Part shown: one piece after another, positions 33,116 to 42,568 of the stretch
How positions within the stretch are numbered: the stretch's first letter is position 1
How the letters are laid out: each line of letters starts with the position of its first letter
Assembly (NCBI GenBank): GCA_963851265.1
Contig: CAWKNZ010000002.1
Coordinates: 608,001-672,000 of the forward strand
Source: an uncultured Gemmatimonadales bacterium
GTDB taxonomy: Bacteria; Gemmatimonadota; Gemmatimonadetes; Gemmatimonadales; Gemmatimonadaceae
DNA length: 64,000 nt
Reading direction: 5' to 3'
Position numbers and translations under genes: made by a program
The notes under the pieces: generated by a model
The model's input: only the letters and a program-made list of their open reading frames with translations
What the model was told of the DNA's origin: nothing
Database searches by the model: none

Positions 33116-35548
33116 ATGAGCACTCGCTACCCCCGGCCGCGCGACCGCGGCCCCGCGGCCGCCGCCACCCCGTCGTCGGGCGCCCTCCTGCACCGCGGAC
33201 CCCAGGCCGCCTCGCCCGGCGCCTACGCGTCCGGCGCCTACATGCCCCCCGCGCCCAACGCGGCGCTCCTCATCGACTTCGACAACGTCACGATGGGGAT
33301 CCAGAAGGACCTGCAGGCCGAGCTCCGCTCGCTGCTGTCCTCGGACATCATCAAGGGCAAGGTCTCGGTGCAGCGCGCGTACGCCGACTGGCGCCGCTAC
33401 CCCAACTACGTCGTCCCGCTCACGGAGAACTCGATCGACCTCATCTTCGCGCCGGCCTACGGCGCCGCGAAGAAGAACGCGACCGACATCCGCCTCGCCA
33501 TCGACGCGATGGAGTTGGTGTTCACCCGACCCGAAATCGGCACCTTCATCCTGCTCTCCGGCGACAGCGACTTCTCGTCGCTCGTCATCAAGCTGAAGGA
33601 GTACGGCAAGTACGTCATCGGCGTCGGGATCCGCGAGAGCGCCAGCGACCTGCTCGTCCAGAACTGCGACGAGTACTACAGCTACAACGCGCTCGCCGGC
33701 CTGGTCCGCACCGCCGACGAGGTCCAGGCGCCGCGCGACCCCTGGGAGCTCGTCGTCGACGCCGTCGACCGCATGGCCCGCAACGGCGACACGATGCGCG
33801 CCGACCGGCTCAAGCAGGTCATGCAGGACATGGATCCCACGTTCGACGAGAAGAACCTGGGCATGCCCAAGTTCTCGCGCTTCGTGAGCGAGGCCGCCCA
33901 GCGCGGCCTGCTGACGCTCACGCGCCTCGAGAGCGGACAGTACGAGATCGCGCCCGCCCGCCAGGGCACTCCGCGCGACGCGGGACGCGACCGCGGACGC
34001 GACCAGATGCGGGACCAGACCCGGGATCAGGGACGCGAACCGGTCCGCGACGCCCCGCGCCCGTCGCCGCGTGATTCAGCCCGCGACGCGGCCCGCGATT
34101 TCGCGCGCGACCTCGCCCGCGACGGCCGTGACGTCGTGCGCGACGCGTCGCGCGACCTGCCGCGCGACCTGCCGCGCGACACCGTCCGTCCCGACGCGTT
34201 CGACGCCGCCGACGTCGACTTCGCCGACCGCACCTTCGACGAAGCCGAGGACGAGTCCACGTCCGACGCCCCGGCGCGCGGCGCCGATCGGTTCGACCGC
34301 AGCCGCGGCCGCAGCCGCCGTCGCGGACGCAGCGGGCGCGACCTCGATCGCGGCCGCACCGACGAGTTCGCGGTCCCGGCCGAAGCGCTCGCGAGCGACG
34401 ACCGCCCGACGCCCGAGCCGCGAGACATCGCCCCGGTCGCGATCGTCCCGACGATCGGCGCCCAGGGCGAACGCCTGACGCGCGCCGAGGCGTTCGACGT
34501 GGTGCGACGCGCCGTCGAGGCGCTCGCGTCGACCGACGACGACCGCGTCAGCGAGCAGCCGCTCCGCGAGCAGGTCTTCGCCCTCCTCGGTCGCGATAGC
34601 GAAAGTCTGAGCGAGCGCATGTTCCCGCGCATCGTGCAGGACGCCGCCGACAACGGCATCGTCCGCACGTTCCGCGACGGCGGCGCCACCACCGTCGGCC
34701 GCATCCCACGCCCGGCTCCGAGCGTCGGCGATGAACTCGACCGCGCTGCTACGGTCGCCCAGGCGCCCGCGCCGCCGGTCGCAGCGCCGTCGTTCACCCC
34801 GCCCGCCCCGCGCGGGATGGGTCCGCGCGGCGTGGCCCGCGGCCGCGGCGGCCGCGCCGGCGCGCCTCCGCCGGAACTCCTGCTCATCGGCGCCGTGGGC
34901 ACCGCCCCCGCCGCTGTCGCGTCTCCCGCGGTCGACACCGTGCCGCTGAACGTCGGCGGAGGTAACACGCTGTCTGGCGAGGCTGCCGCAACACCGGCGC
35001 CCGACCAGCCATCGCCGGACCGCGATGTGCCGCCCGCGGGTCAGGACGTTCGCGCTCGCGCGAGCGGAAGCGTGGGTGACGGCGTCGACGCCGGTGCGAC
35101 GCAGCCGGGCGAAGCCGCACCCTCATCCGGTGTGACTGCCGCCGCGGCAACGGCGGAGACTCGTGACGTCGATCAGCCCGACGCTGGAGACGTGGCGGAG
35201 GACGCATCGACCGACGCCGTGCCGGCGTCGGACGTGACGGAGCCGGACACAGAGCCGGTCGCCACACGCGGGCGTCGTCGCGGTCGCGGCGGGCGCGGTC
35301 GCGGTACCGCCCGCGCGGCTGCCCCATCTGCCGCGCCCGACGCGGGAGCCCCCCCGGTGCCCGACGTCGTACCGGAAGCCCCGCCCGCCACCCCGCCGCC
35401 CGCTGCGAACGACAACGCCGGACCCGCGCGCGGCCGCGGCGCACGGAAAGCCCCGGCCAAGGTCCCGGCCAAGGCGGCCGCCAAGACCGCCGCCAAGGGT
35501 GGCGCCCGCAAGCGCGCCCCGCGCGCCCGCGGCGACGCGGGAGCGTGA
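33116..35548 (+). CDS. NYN (LabA/DUF88) ribonuclease domain + OST-HTH/LOTUS-like domains + long disordered regions
   Basis: LLIDFDN, RAYADW, KNATDIRLAIDA, LLSGDSDF, CDEYYSY; FDEKNLGMPKFSRFV LOTUS-like segment. Confidence 0.85.
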   Translation: MSTRYPRPRDRGPAAAATPSSGALLHRGPQAASPGAYASGAYMPPAPNAALLIDFDNVTMGIQKDLQAELRSLLSSDIIKGKVSVQRAYADWRRYPNYVVPLTENSIDLIFAPAYGAAKKNATDIRLAIDAMELVFTRPEIGTFILLSGDSDFSSLVIKLKEYGKYVIGVGIRESASDLLVQNCDEYYSYNALAGLVRTADEVQAPRDPWELVVDAVDRMARNGDTMRADRLKQVMQDMDPTFDEKNLGMPKFSRFVSEAAQRGLLTLTRLESGQYEIAPARQGTPRDAGRDRGRDQMRDQTRDQGREPVRDAPRPSPRDSARDAARDFARDLARDGRDVVRDASRDLPRDLPRDTVRPDAFDAADVDFADRTFDEAEDESTSDAPARGADRFDRSRGRSRRRGRSGRDLDRGRTDEFAVPAEALASDDRPTPEPRDIAPVAIVPTIGAQGERLTRAEAFDVVRRAVEALASTDDDRVSEQPLREQVFALLGRDSESLSERMFPRIVQDAADNGIVRTFRDGGATTVGRIPRPAPSVGDELDRAATVAQAPAPPVAAPSFTPPAPRGMGPRGVARGRGGRAGAPPPELLLIGAVGTAPAAVASPAVDTVPLNVGGGNTLSGEAAATPAPDQPSPDRDVPPAGQDVRARASGSVGDGVDAGATQPGEAAPSSGVTAAAATAETRDVDQPDAGDVAEDASTDAVPASDVTEPDTEPVATRGRRRGRGGRGRGTARAAAPSAAPDAGAPPVPDVVPEAPPATPPPAANDNAGPARGRGARKAPAKVPAKAAAKTAAKGGARKRAPRARGDAGA

Positions 35549-36327
35549 CGGCGAGCCGGTCGCGGCTCGCAGGCTCTACCGGACGCGCGGCGCCCGGCAC
35601 GGACTCATCGTCCGCGCCGGGCGCCGCGCCGTTCGGGGAGCTAGCTCCCCCATTTCCGCCCGCGTTCTACGATCGTGACCCGCGCGCCGTCGGCCGCGAG
35701 CTCCTCGGCGCCACGCTCGTGTGCCGAACGCCCGAAGGCACCGCCCGCGGCCGCATCGTCGAGACCGAGGCATACCTCGGCCCGCACGACGCCGCGTGCC
35801 ACGCCGTCGCCGGACGCACGCGCCGCACCTGGCACCTGCACGGCCCGCCCGGACGCGCCTACGTCTACCGGATCTACGGCATGCACTGGTGCTTCAACGC
35901 GGTCACCCTCCCCGAGGGCGTCGGCAGCGCCGTGCTCGTGCGCGCCGTCGTGCCGTTAGGCGACCTCTCGCTCGTGCGCGCGCGCCGCCCCGGCGTCCGC
36001 CGCGACGCCGACCTCACCAACGGCCCGGGAAAGCTCTGCGCCGCCCTCGGTATCGACGGCCGCTTCGACGGCGCAGGACTCGACGGCACCGCACTCCACG
36101 GCAGCACACTCGATGGCGATGACGGGTCCGGGACTGCCGGCTACGCGCTCGCGATCCGTCCCGACCGGACGTTCGAGGACGCCGAAGTCGTGGTCACGCC
36201 CCGTATCGGCATCACGCGCGCGGCCGACTGGCCGCTCCGCTACCTCGTGCGCGACGACCCGTTCGTCTCGCGCACGCCGCCCGCGTTCTACCGACGTCCG
36301 TACGAGCCCGGGGTCGACGCCGTCTGA
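35545..36327 (+). CDS. mpg: DNA-3-methyladenine glycosylase (MPG/AAG family)
   Basis: GRIVETEAY, YVYRIYGMHWCFN, LTNGPGKLCAALGI, PRIGI. Confidence 0.93.
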   Translation: MTASRSRLAGSTGRAAPGTDSSSAPGAAPFGELAPPFPPAFYDRDPRAVGRELLGATLVCRTPEGTARGRIVETEAYLGPHDAACHAVAGRTRRTWHLHGPPGRAYVYRIYGMHWCFNAVTLPEGVGSAVLVRAVVPLGDLSLVRARRPGVRRDADLTNGPGKLCAALGIDGRFDGAGLDGTALHGSTLDGDDGSGTAGYALAIRPDRTFEDAEVVVTPRIGITRAADWPLRYLVRDDPFVSRTPPAFYRRPYEPGVDAV

Positions 36328-38882
36328 CCTTGCGACGCGCTCTCGAGCAGCGCGTTGAAGAGCAGCTTGAACGTGCCGATGCTCTGCCCGCGGTAGAGCG
36401 GCCGGAACCCGAACAACACCACCCGCCCGCGCCCCATCGGCACCTCGGCGAGCGCCGCCTGCCCGGCGATCCGCGCGCCTCCGCTCAGGAACCCGCTCAT
36501 CAGGATGTCGTCGGCGCGGTCCGGGTACCGCGCCACCACCCGCGCGTCGGCCAGCCGCGACACGTCGAACGTCGTCGAGTTCGTGAAGTACACGCCCGCC
36601 GTGTCCGCCATTCCGGTCGCGATCGGCTGCGTGCGGTCGACGAGGACGCGCAGGATCGACCCCGGCGCGTACAGCGCGTCGCCGCCGGCGGGCTCCTCGG
36701 CCACGCCGTTCTCGTCACCGGCCCGGGGCGGCCGGATCCGCGTCACCGCGAGGCCGAGTGGGCCGCTCGCGATCTCCGTCGCGCGATCCACGAGGACCAG
36801 CGTCCCGCCACGCTCGGCGAACGTGCGCAGCGACGCCAGCCCGGGTTCGCCGAGCCCGCCCGCGTACGGGGCAGGGACCTCGCGCGCCGACATCCCGTCG
36901 CGCGCTTCGCGCAGCGACATGTCCGGCACGACCACCACGTCGAACTGGGCCCGCAGGTCGCCCGCACGCGCGGCCGAGTCGGTGAGCGTGGTGTAGCGCA
37001 CGCCGTACTGCTCGAACACCCAGCGCGTCCAACCCTCGTCCATGTTCGCCGTCCAGGGTCGGTACAGCGCCACACGCGGCGTACCTCGTACGGCGATCAT
37101 TCCATCCGCCGTCCCGATGCGCACAGTGCGACCCGCGGGCGTCGCGAACGCGAAGCGGTAGCACGCCGTGTTCGCCGCGTCGAGCGTCACGGCGTCCCGC
37201 CCGCGCTGTCCGCGCGCGCTCGACGCCGAGCAGCGTGCGAGCGTCGTGCTGTCGAGCGTTCCCGCGGCCGGCACCCCCGCGACCGGTACGCTCGCCACCG
37301 TGAACGCCGAATCGACCGCGTCCGCTCGCACCCCGAATTGGTACGGCAACGTCCAGCCCGCCACGTCGTACGGCCGTTGCGGCGGGCCACCGGGGTAGGG
37401 CTCGAGTCGCGGAAACCGCTGCGGCTCCAGCAGGTCCTTCGCGTGCGCCCGGTACGGCTGCGCCATCCGTACCACGTAGCTCCCGGCGGCGTACGCGCGC
37501 CCGCCGCCCGTGAACGGCGCCGTCGCGCGCTCCACCTCCACGCCCCCCACGCGCAACACCTCGACCAGCCGCGCGACGGCGTGCGGGTCGGCCTGTCCGG
37601 CGGGAAGCACGTATGCCCACGGCCCGCCCGCCGCGCCGGCCGCGACCGCCTTGCGGCCGAGCGCGACGAAGTCGCTCACGTAGTCGCCCCGCTGCCGCGC
37701 GAGCATCTTCACGAGCGACTCGCTCGCGATCAACTCGTAGTCCATGATGTCGCGCAGGCGCCACGTGCCGCCCGCCCACGGATTCGGAAGGTTCACGCGC
37801 GCCGCGCCGCCGATCGCCGCGCTCGCGGCCCCGCGCGGTCCCGCGCGCAGATCGCTCGGCGTGATCGTGATGGGCGTGGCGATCCGCGCGCTCGCAGCCT
37901 CGCTCAGCAGCCCGACCATGTTGTGCCGCGTCGGCGCCGAGCGGGCTCCACCGTGCCACCACAGGTCGTACGTCGCCCCGCTCCCCACACCCGTCTTCCC
38001 CCGCGCCTCGAGCGCGAGCGCCATCTCCGACCCGATGTGGTTGATCCCGCGAACGATCAGCGGGTCCACGTTGGGGTCGATCGGGTCGGTGTGTGGCGGG
38101 AGCGTGATCCGCATCCCGTCCGTCCCCTGCTGGTGCACGTCGTAGAACACCTCGGGGAACCACCGCCGGTAGAGCACGTCCGTGACGAGCCGCGTCTCGC
38201 GCTGCGTCACCATGTACCAGTCGCGGTTGTTGTCGTGCCCGGTGTAAGGATGGTACAGGTACGGCAGCGGCCCGCCTTCGAACGGCGTACCGAGCCCGCG
38301 CCGGTACCAGTCGACGACCATCTGTTCGCCGTCGGGATTCATCGACGGCACGAGTAGCACCACGACCGAGTCGAGCGCGCGCCGCAGCGTGTCGACCGTC
38401 GCCATGCGGTACGCCAACTCCATCGCCATCTGCGACGCGCCGATCTCGGTCGAGTGGATGTTGCACGAGATCATGACCACGGCCGGCTGGTTCGCGACGA
38501 TGCGCGCCTGCTCGGCGGGGGTCAGCCCGCGCGGGTCCGCCAGCCGCGCCTGCGCCGTCCGGATCTCCGCGATTCGAGCGAAGTTCGCCGGCGCCGTGAT
38601 CGTCGCCATCACGAACGGCCGTCCCTGCGTGGTCGGGCCGAGCGTGTCCACGCGCACGTACGGCGACGCCGCCGCGAGCCGCGCGAAGTACCCGGTGATC
38701 TGCGACCAGTCCGCGAGTGTTCGGTCCGCGCCGATCGTGAGGCCGGTGACTTGCGACGGCGTCGGTACGGGTGCACCGTCAGGCATGCCCCGAGCGGGCG
38801 CACCTTGAGCGCTCGCCGGCCGCGCCCCCGCCGCGAGGCCGATCCCCGCGCAGGCGGTCCAGAGAATCGTAGAAAATCGCAT
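36288..38882 (-). CDS. Secreted M14 family zinc carboxypeptidase
   Basis: Signal peptide, HSTE (HxxE), NPDG, DNNRD, DVHQ; C-terminal glutamine-amidotransferase-like domain (DEGWTRW). Confidence 0.88.
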   Translation of the reverse strand: MRFSTILWTACAGIGLAAGARPASAQGAPARGMPDGAPVPTPSQVTGLTIGADRTLADWSQITGYFARLAAASPYVRVDTLGPTTQGRPFVMATITAPANFARIAEIRTAQARLADPRGLTPAEQARIVANQPAVVMISCNIHSTEIGASQMAMELAYRMATVDTLRRALDSVVVLLVPSMNPDGEQMVVDWYRRGLGTPFEGGPLPYLYHPYTGHDNNRDWYMVTQRETRLVTDVLYRRWFPEVFYDVHQQGTDGMRITLPPHTDPIDPNVDPLIVRGINHIGSEMALALEARGKTGVGSGATYDLWWHGGARSAPTRHNMVGLLSEAASARIATPITITPSDLRAGPRGAASAAIGGAARVNLPNPWAGGTWRLRDIMDYELIASESLVKMLARQRGDYVSDFVALGRKAVAAGAAGGPWAYVLPAGQADPHAVARLVEVLRVGGVEVERATAPFTGGGRAYAAGSYVVRMAQPYRAHAKDLLEPQRFPRLEPYPGGPPQRPYDVAGWTLPYQFGVRADAVDSAFTVASVPVAGVPAAGTLDSTTLARCSASSARGQRGRDAVTLDAANTACYRFAFATPAGRTVRIGTADGMIAVRGTPRVALYRPWTANMDEGWTRWVFEQYGVRYTTLTDSAARAGDLRAQFDVVVVPDMSLREARDGMSAREVPAPYAGGLGEPGLASLRTFAERGGTLVLVDRATEIASGPLGLAVTRIRPPRAGDENGVAEEPAGGDALYAPGSILRVLVDRTQPIATGMADTAGVYFTNSTTFDVSRLADARVVARYPDRADDILMSGFLSGGARIAGQAALAEVPMGRGRVVLFGFRPLYRGQSIGTFKLLFNALLESASQGQTASTPGSYGRR

Positions 38883-38946
38883 GGCCGCGAGACTACACCG
38901 CGCGCCCCGCCCTGACCAGCACGACCGCGCCTCAGAGTTCGCCGAC

Positions 38947-39285
38947 ATGCCCACCACACGTCCGCACGCGCCGCCCTGGCCCGACCCGTTCCTCACGCCC
39001 GTGCTCGGCACCGTGTTCGCCGAGCGCGCCGCCGTCGTCGGCCGCCTTCACCCCGGCGACCACCTGATCCTCGTCCCCGACCCGCCCGACACCGACGATC
39101 CCAACGTCTGGGTCCACGCCCCCGGCGGCGACCTCGTCGGCCATCTGCCCGTCGACCTCGGCGGCCGCCTCGCCCGCTGGATGATCGACGGCGGCCGCGC
39201 CGGCGCCACCGTCGACAAGGTCGGCGGTGAGGAGGTCGCGAGCTGGCGGCGCCTCATCGTACGTGTGGAGTGCCACGTCGACTGA
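38947..39285 (+). CDS. Stand-alone HIRAN-like domain protein
   Basis: VLGTVF, LHPGDHLILVPDP..DDPNVWVH, VGHLP...LA pattern. Confidence 0.65.
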   Translation: MPTTRPHAPPWPDPFLTPVLGTVFAERAAVVGRLHPGDHLILVPDPPDTDDPNVWVHAPGGDLVGHLPVDLGGRLARWMIDGGRAGATVDKVGGEEVASWRRLIVRVECHVD

Positions 39286-39434
39286 CGCGCACCAGCTCCG
39301 TCCACCGCGGCACACCCCTCACCCCCTGCCGATGGCGCGGTGACTACGCCGAGGTGCCGACCTCGCAATCACGACAATGCCTCCGCAGGGCGGCCGGCCG
39401 CCGCGCGGCGCGCCGCCCCTTCCCCGCGGGGGTC

Positions 39435-40658
39435 CTAACGCACGATCCCGAGCCGCCGCCCCGCCCGCTTGAACGCCGCCACCGCGAAGTCGAGATCGTC
39501 CCGCGTGTGAGCCGCCGAGATCTGGCACCGCACGCGCGCCTGCCCCTGCGGCACCACCGGGAAGCCGAACCCGGTCACGAACACCCCCTCGTCCAGCAAC
39601 GCGTCGCTCATCGCCATCGCCGCCGCCGTCTCCCCGACGATGATCGGCACGATCGGCGTCTCGCCCGCGAGCGGCGCGAACCCCGCTTCGACGATCGCCT
39701 CGCGGAAGTACCGCGTGTTCTCGCGCAGCGTCCGCACCCGCTCCGGATGCGCCTCCGCGAAGCGCACCGCCGCGAGCGAACTCGCGGCCACCGTCGGCGG
39801 CAGCGAGTTCGAGAACAGCTGAGGCCGCGACCGCTGCGTCATCATGTCGACCAGCGCCGACGGCCCCGCGATGAACCCGCCGGCCGCCCCGCCTAACGCC
39901 TTGCCGAGCGTCGAGGTGATCACGTCCACCTCGCCCAGCACGCCGAAGTGCTCCGCGGTCCCGCGTCCCGTCTCGCCCAGCACCCCCGTCGCGTGCGAGT
40001 CGTCCATCACCACGGCCGCCCCGAACTCCCGCGCGATCTCGAGGATGTCCGGCAGCTTCGCGATCGACCCCTCCATCGAGAACACGCCGTCCGTCCAGAT
40101 CAGTTTGCGACGCGCGTCCCGGTTGGCCGCGAGCTTCGCCCGCAGGTCGTCCATGTCGCCGTGCTTGTACACGCCGGTCGTGCACTTCTTGATCGCCTTC
40201 GCCAGCCGGATCGAGTCGATGATCGACGCGTGGTTCAGCTCGTCCGAGATCACGAAGTCGCCCGCCTCGACGATCGTCGCGGTGAGCGCCTCGTTCGCGT
40301 TCCACGCACTCACGTACGACAGCGACGCCTCGGTCCCGACGAACCGCGCCAGCGCCTCCTCCAGCTCCCGATGGACCGTGAACGTGCCGCAGATGAACCG
40401 CACGCTGGCCGTTCCCGCGCCGTACGCCCGCAACGCGTCGATGCCCGCTTCCACCACTGACGGCTCGTTCGCCAGCCCGAGGTAGTTGTTCGACGAGAGG
40501 ATCACCACCTCGCCGCGCCCCTCCATCCGCACGCGCGCGCCCTGCGGACTCTCGAGGTAGTTGAGCCGCTTGTAGACGCGGTCGGCCTTGAGCCGGTCGA
40601 GCTCCGATTGCAGATCGGCGGCGAGCGCGCCGCCCGCAGGAACCGTCGTGTCCATCAT
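39435..40658 (-). CDS. kbl: Glycine C-acetyltransferase (2-amino-3-ketobutyrate CoA ligase)
   Basis: SSNNYLGLA, SVRFICGT, NHASIID, DGVFSMEG, TLGKALGG, RSRPQLFSN; in an operon with tdh. Confidence 0.95.
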   Translation of the reverse strand: MMDTTVPAGGALAADLQSELDRLKADRVYKRLNYLESPQGARVRMEGRGEVVILSSNNYLGLANEPSVVEAGIDALRAYGAGTASVRFICGTFTVHRELEEALARFVGTEASLSYVSAWNANEALTATIVEAGDFVISDELNHASIIDSIRLAKAIKKCTTGVYKHGDMDDLRAKLAANRDARRKLIWTDGVFSMEGSIAKLPDILEIAREFGAAVVMDDSHATGVLGETGRGTAEHFGVLGEVDVITSTLGKALGGAAGGFIAGPSALVDMMTQRSRPQLFSNSLPPTVAASSLAAVRFAEAHPERVRTLRENTRYFREAIVEAGFAPLAGETPIVPIIVGETAAAMAMSDALLDEGVFVTGFGFPVVPQGQARVRCQISAAHTRDDLDFAVAAFKRAGRRLGIVR

Positions 40659-40683
40659 CCCTCCTCGTGGTCCGCGGGCGCGG

Positions 40684-40977
40684 TCAGCGTCCGCCGTTGT
40701 GGCGCAGCAGGTCCACCACCGCGCGGTGCCCCGCCTGCTCCGCGAGCGCCAGCGGCGTCCGCCCCGCGCCGTCGCGCACGTTGGGGTCGGCGTTGTTGTG
40801 CAGGAGGATCTCGACCGTGCCCGCGTGGCCGCCCGCCGCCGCGAGGTGCAGCGGCGTGCGCCCGTCGGCATCCTTCGCCGCCGTGAGCCAGTTGTCCATC
40901 GAGAGCACGGCGGCCACCTCGTCGGTGTCGCCGGCGCGCGCCGCGGTCAGGATGTCGTCGTGGTCGTTCTCGTACAT
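40684..40977 (-). CDS. Small ankyrin-repeat protein
   Basis: GRTPLHLAAAGGHAGTVEILLHNNADPN and GRTPLALA repeats. Confidence 0.88.
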   Translation of the reverse strand: MYENDHDDILTAARAGDTDEVAAVLSMDNWLTAAKDADGRTPLHLAAAGGHAGTVEILLHNNADPNVRDGAGRTPLALAEQAGHRAVVDLLRHNGGR

Positions 40978-41021
40978 GTGCGGTCCCCGGCAGGTGGCGT
41001 TAGGCCACGTCAGTACGCCCG

Positions 41022-42050
41022 TCAGGCGATTTCGAAGATGACCTTTCCCGCCTCGCCGCAACGGATGGCGTGGATCGCCTCGTCGTAGCCTTCGAGCGGG
41101 AACCGGTGCGTGATCACCGGCGTCGGATCGAACGTGCCGGCGCGCAAGAAGCGCGTCATCTGGTGCCACGTATCGTACATCCGCCGCCCGACCACGCCGT
41201 ACACCGTGAGCCCGCGAAAGATGATCTCCGTCGCGAAGTCGACCGACACCGGCTGCGACGGGATCCCGAGCATCTGCACCCGCCCGCCCGGCCGCGCCAG
41301 CGCGAAGGCCTGGTGCACCGCGCTCGGCACCCCGCTCATCTCGAGCACCACGTCCACGCCGTGCCCGTCGGTCGCGCTCCGCACGGCCTGCTCCGCGTCG
41401 GCCGGCCTCACCGCATCGTGCGCTCCCATCGTCCGCGCGAGATCCAGACGCGTGGCGTTGACGTCGACCGCGATCACCCGCGACGCCCCCGCCGCCTTGC
41501 AGATCCCGACCGCGAACAGGCCGATCGGCCCACACCCCGTGATCAGCACCGCCGCGCCCGGGATCTCCGTCCCGTGCAGCGCCGTGTGAAAGGCGTTCCC
41601 CATCGGGTCGTGAATTCCGCCGATGTCGTACGACACGGACGCGTCCAGGTGCCACACGTTCGACGCGGGCATCGCGATGTACTCCGCGAAGCACCCGTCC
41701 CGGTCCACCCCGATGATCCGGGTCTCCGGATCGACGTGCGCGTTCCCGGTCCGGCTGAATACGCTCAGCTCGTTCACGATGTGCCCCTCGGCCGTGACCC
41801 GATCACCCACGGCCACGTTCTCGACGAGTGAGCCCACCTGTACCACGTCGCCCGCGAACTCGTGCCCGACGACGAACGGCGGCCGACACCGCCCCTGCGC
41901 CCACGCGTCCCACGAGTAGATGTGCACGTCCGTCCCGCACACGCCCGCACGCCGCACTCGGATCAGCACCTCGTTCTCGCGGATCCGCGGCTCCGGCACC
42001 TCGCGCAACGAGAAGCCCGGCCCGGCCACCTCTTTCACCAACGCCTTCAA
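41022..42050 (-). CDS. tdh: L-threonine 3-dehydrogenase
   Basis: MKALVK, CGTDVHIY, GHEFAG, GCGPIG, GRRMYDTW; TTG start. Confidence 0.93.
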   Translation of the reverse strand: MKALVKEVAGPGFSLREVPEPRIRENEVLIRVRRAGVCGTDVHIYSWDAWAQGRCRPPFVVGHEFAGDVVQVGSLVENVAVGDRVTAEGHIVNELSVFSRTGNAHVDPETRIIGVDRDGCFAEYIAMPASNVWHLDASVSYDIGGIHDPMGNAFHTALHGTEIPGAAVLITGCGPIGLFAVGICKAAGASRVIAVDVNATRLDLARTMGAHDAVRPADAEQAVRSATDGHGVDVVLEMSGVPSAVHQAFALARPGGRVQMLGIPSQPVSVDFATEIIFRGLTVYGVVGRRMYDTWHQMTRFLRAGTFDPTPVITHRFPLEGYDEAIHAIRCGEAGKVIFEIA

Positions 42051-42231
42051 TCGCCTGCGCTCCCTCGGTCAGAGAACGGCCCGCCGCGCGATGCGCCGGC
42101 CGGTGCTCGCGTCCACGCCACGGGTCCGACCGCACGGCGTTCGACGAGCCGCCGATAAGGTCGCACCGGTACACGGGTGGTGGAAGCGCGATCACCTCAC
42201 CTTCCTCCCACGCCGCCCCCAGCGCGGCGAG

Positions 42232-42283
42232 CGAACGACGCGTGCCCCGCTGCGGACGTCCGCAGCGGGGCACGCGTCGTTCG
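42232..42283. repeat. Perfect 52-bp palindrome with no spacer
   Basis: CGAACGACGCGTGCCCCGCTGCGGAC followed directly by its reverse complement GTCCGCAGCGGGGCACGCGTCGTTCG. Confidence 0.95.
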
Positions 42284-42436
42284 GATCCCCGCCGAGGGGC
42301 CGCTACGCGGCCCGCGGCTCGGCGACCGCCTCGAGCGCCGGCTCCGGCGGCGGCCCCCACACGTACGCGAGCAGGGGTCGCACGGCGGCTTCGGCGCGCG
42401 AGACCTCCGCCGCCCGCGGTCCGGCAATCACAATCC

Positions 42437-42568
42437 CGATCAGTTCGGGGGACTCAGTAAACGCAGTCGTCTGTCGCATCGAGAATCTCCGACGTTGGTC
42501 CGTGTGTCACGGTCTGGAGATTCCTGAAGCAGTCCCGGTGCCTCACCGGCAATCATCGTAACTGATTG
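42437..42568. ncRNA. Candidate structured non-coding RNA or cis-regulatory element
   Basis: Nested complementary segments: 42437-45/42560-68, 42449-54/42531-36, 42483-90/42516-23, 42500-04/42508-12; AT-richer than the flanks. Confidence 0.35.

Noticed and set aside
36288..36327. Convergent 3' overlap of mpg and the M14 peptidase
   Set aside because: Short tail-to-tail overlaps are common in high-GC genomes where stop codons are scarce.
42051..42230. Glycine riboswitch or T-box upstream of tdh
   Set aside because: I could not find the conserved aptamer or T-box motifs on the minus strand.
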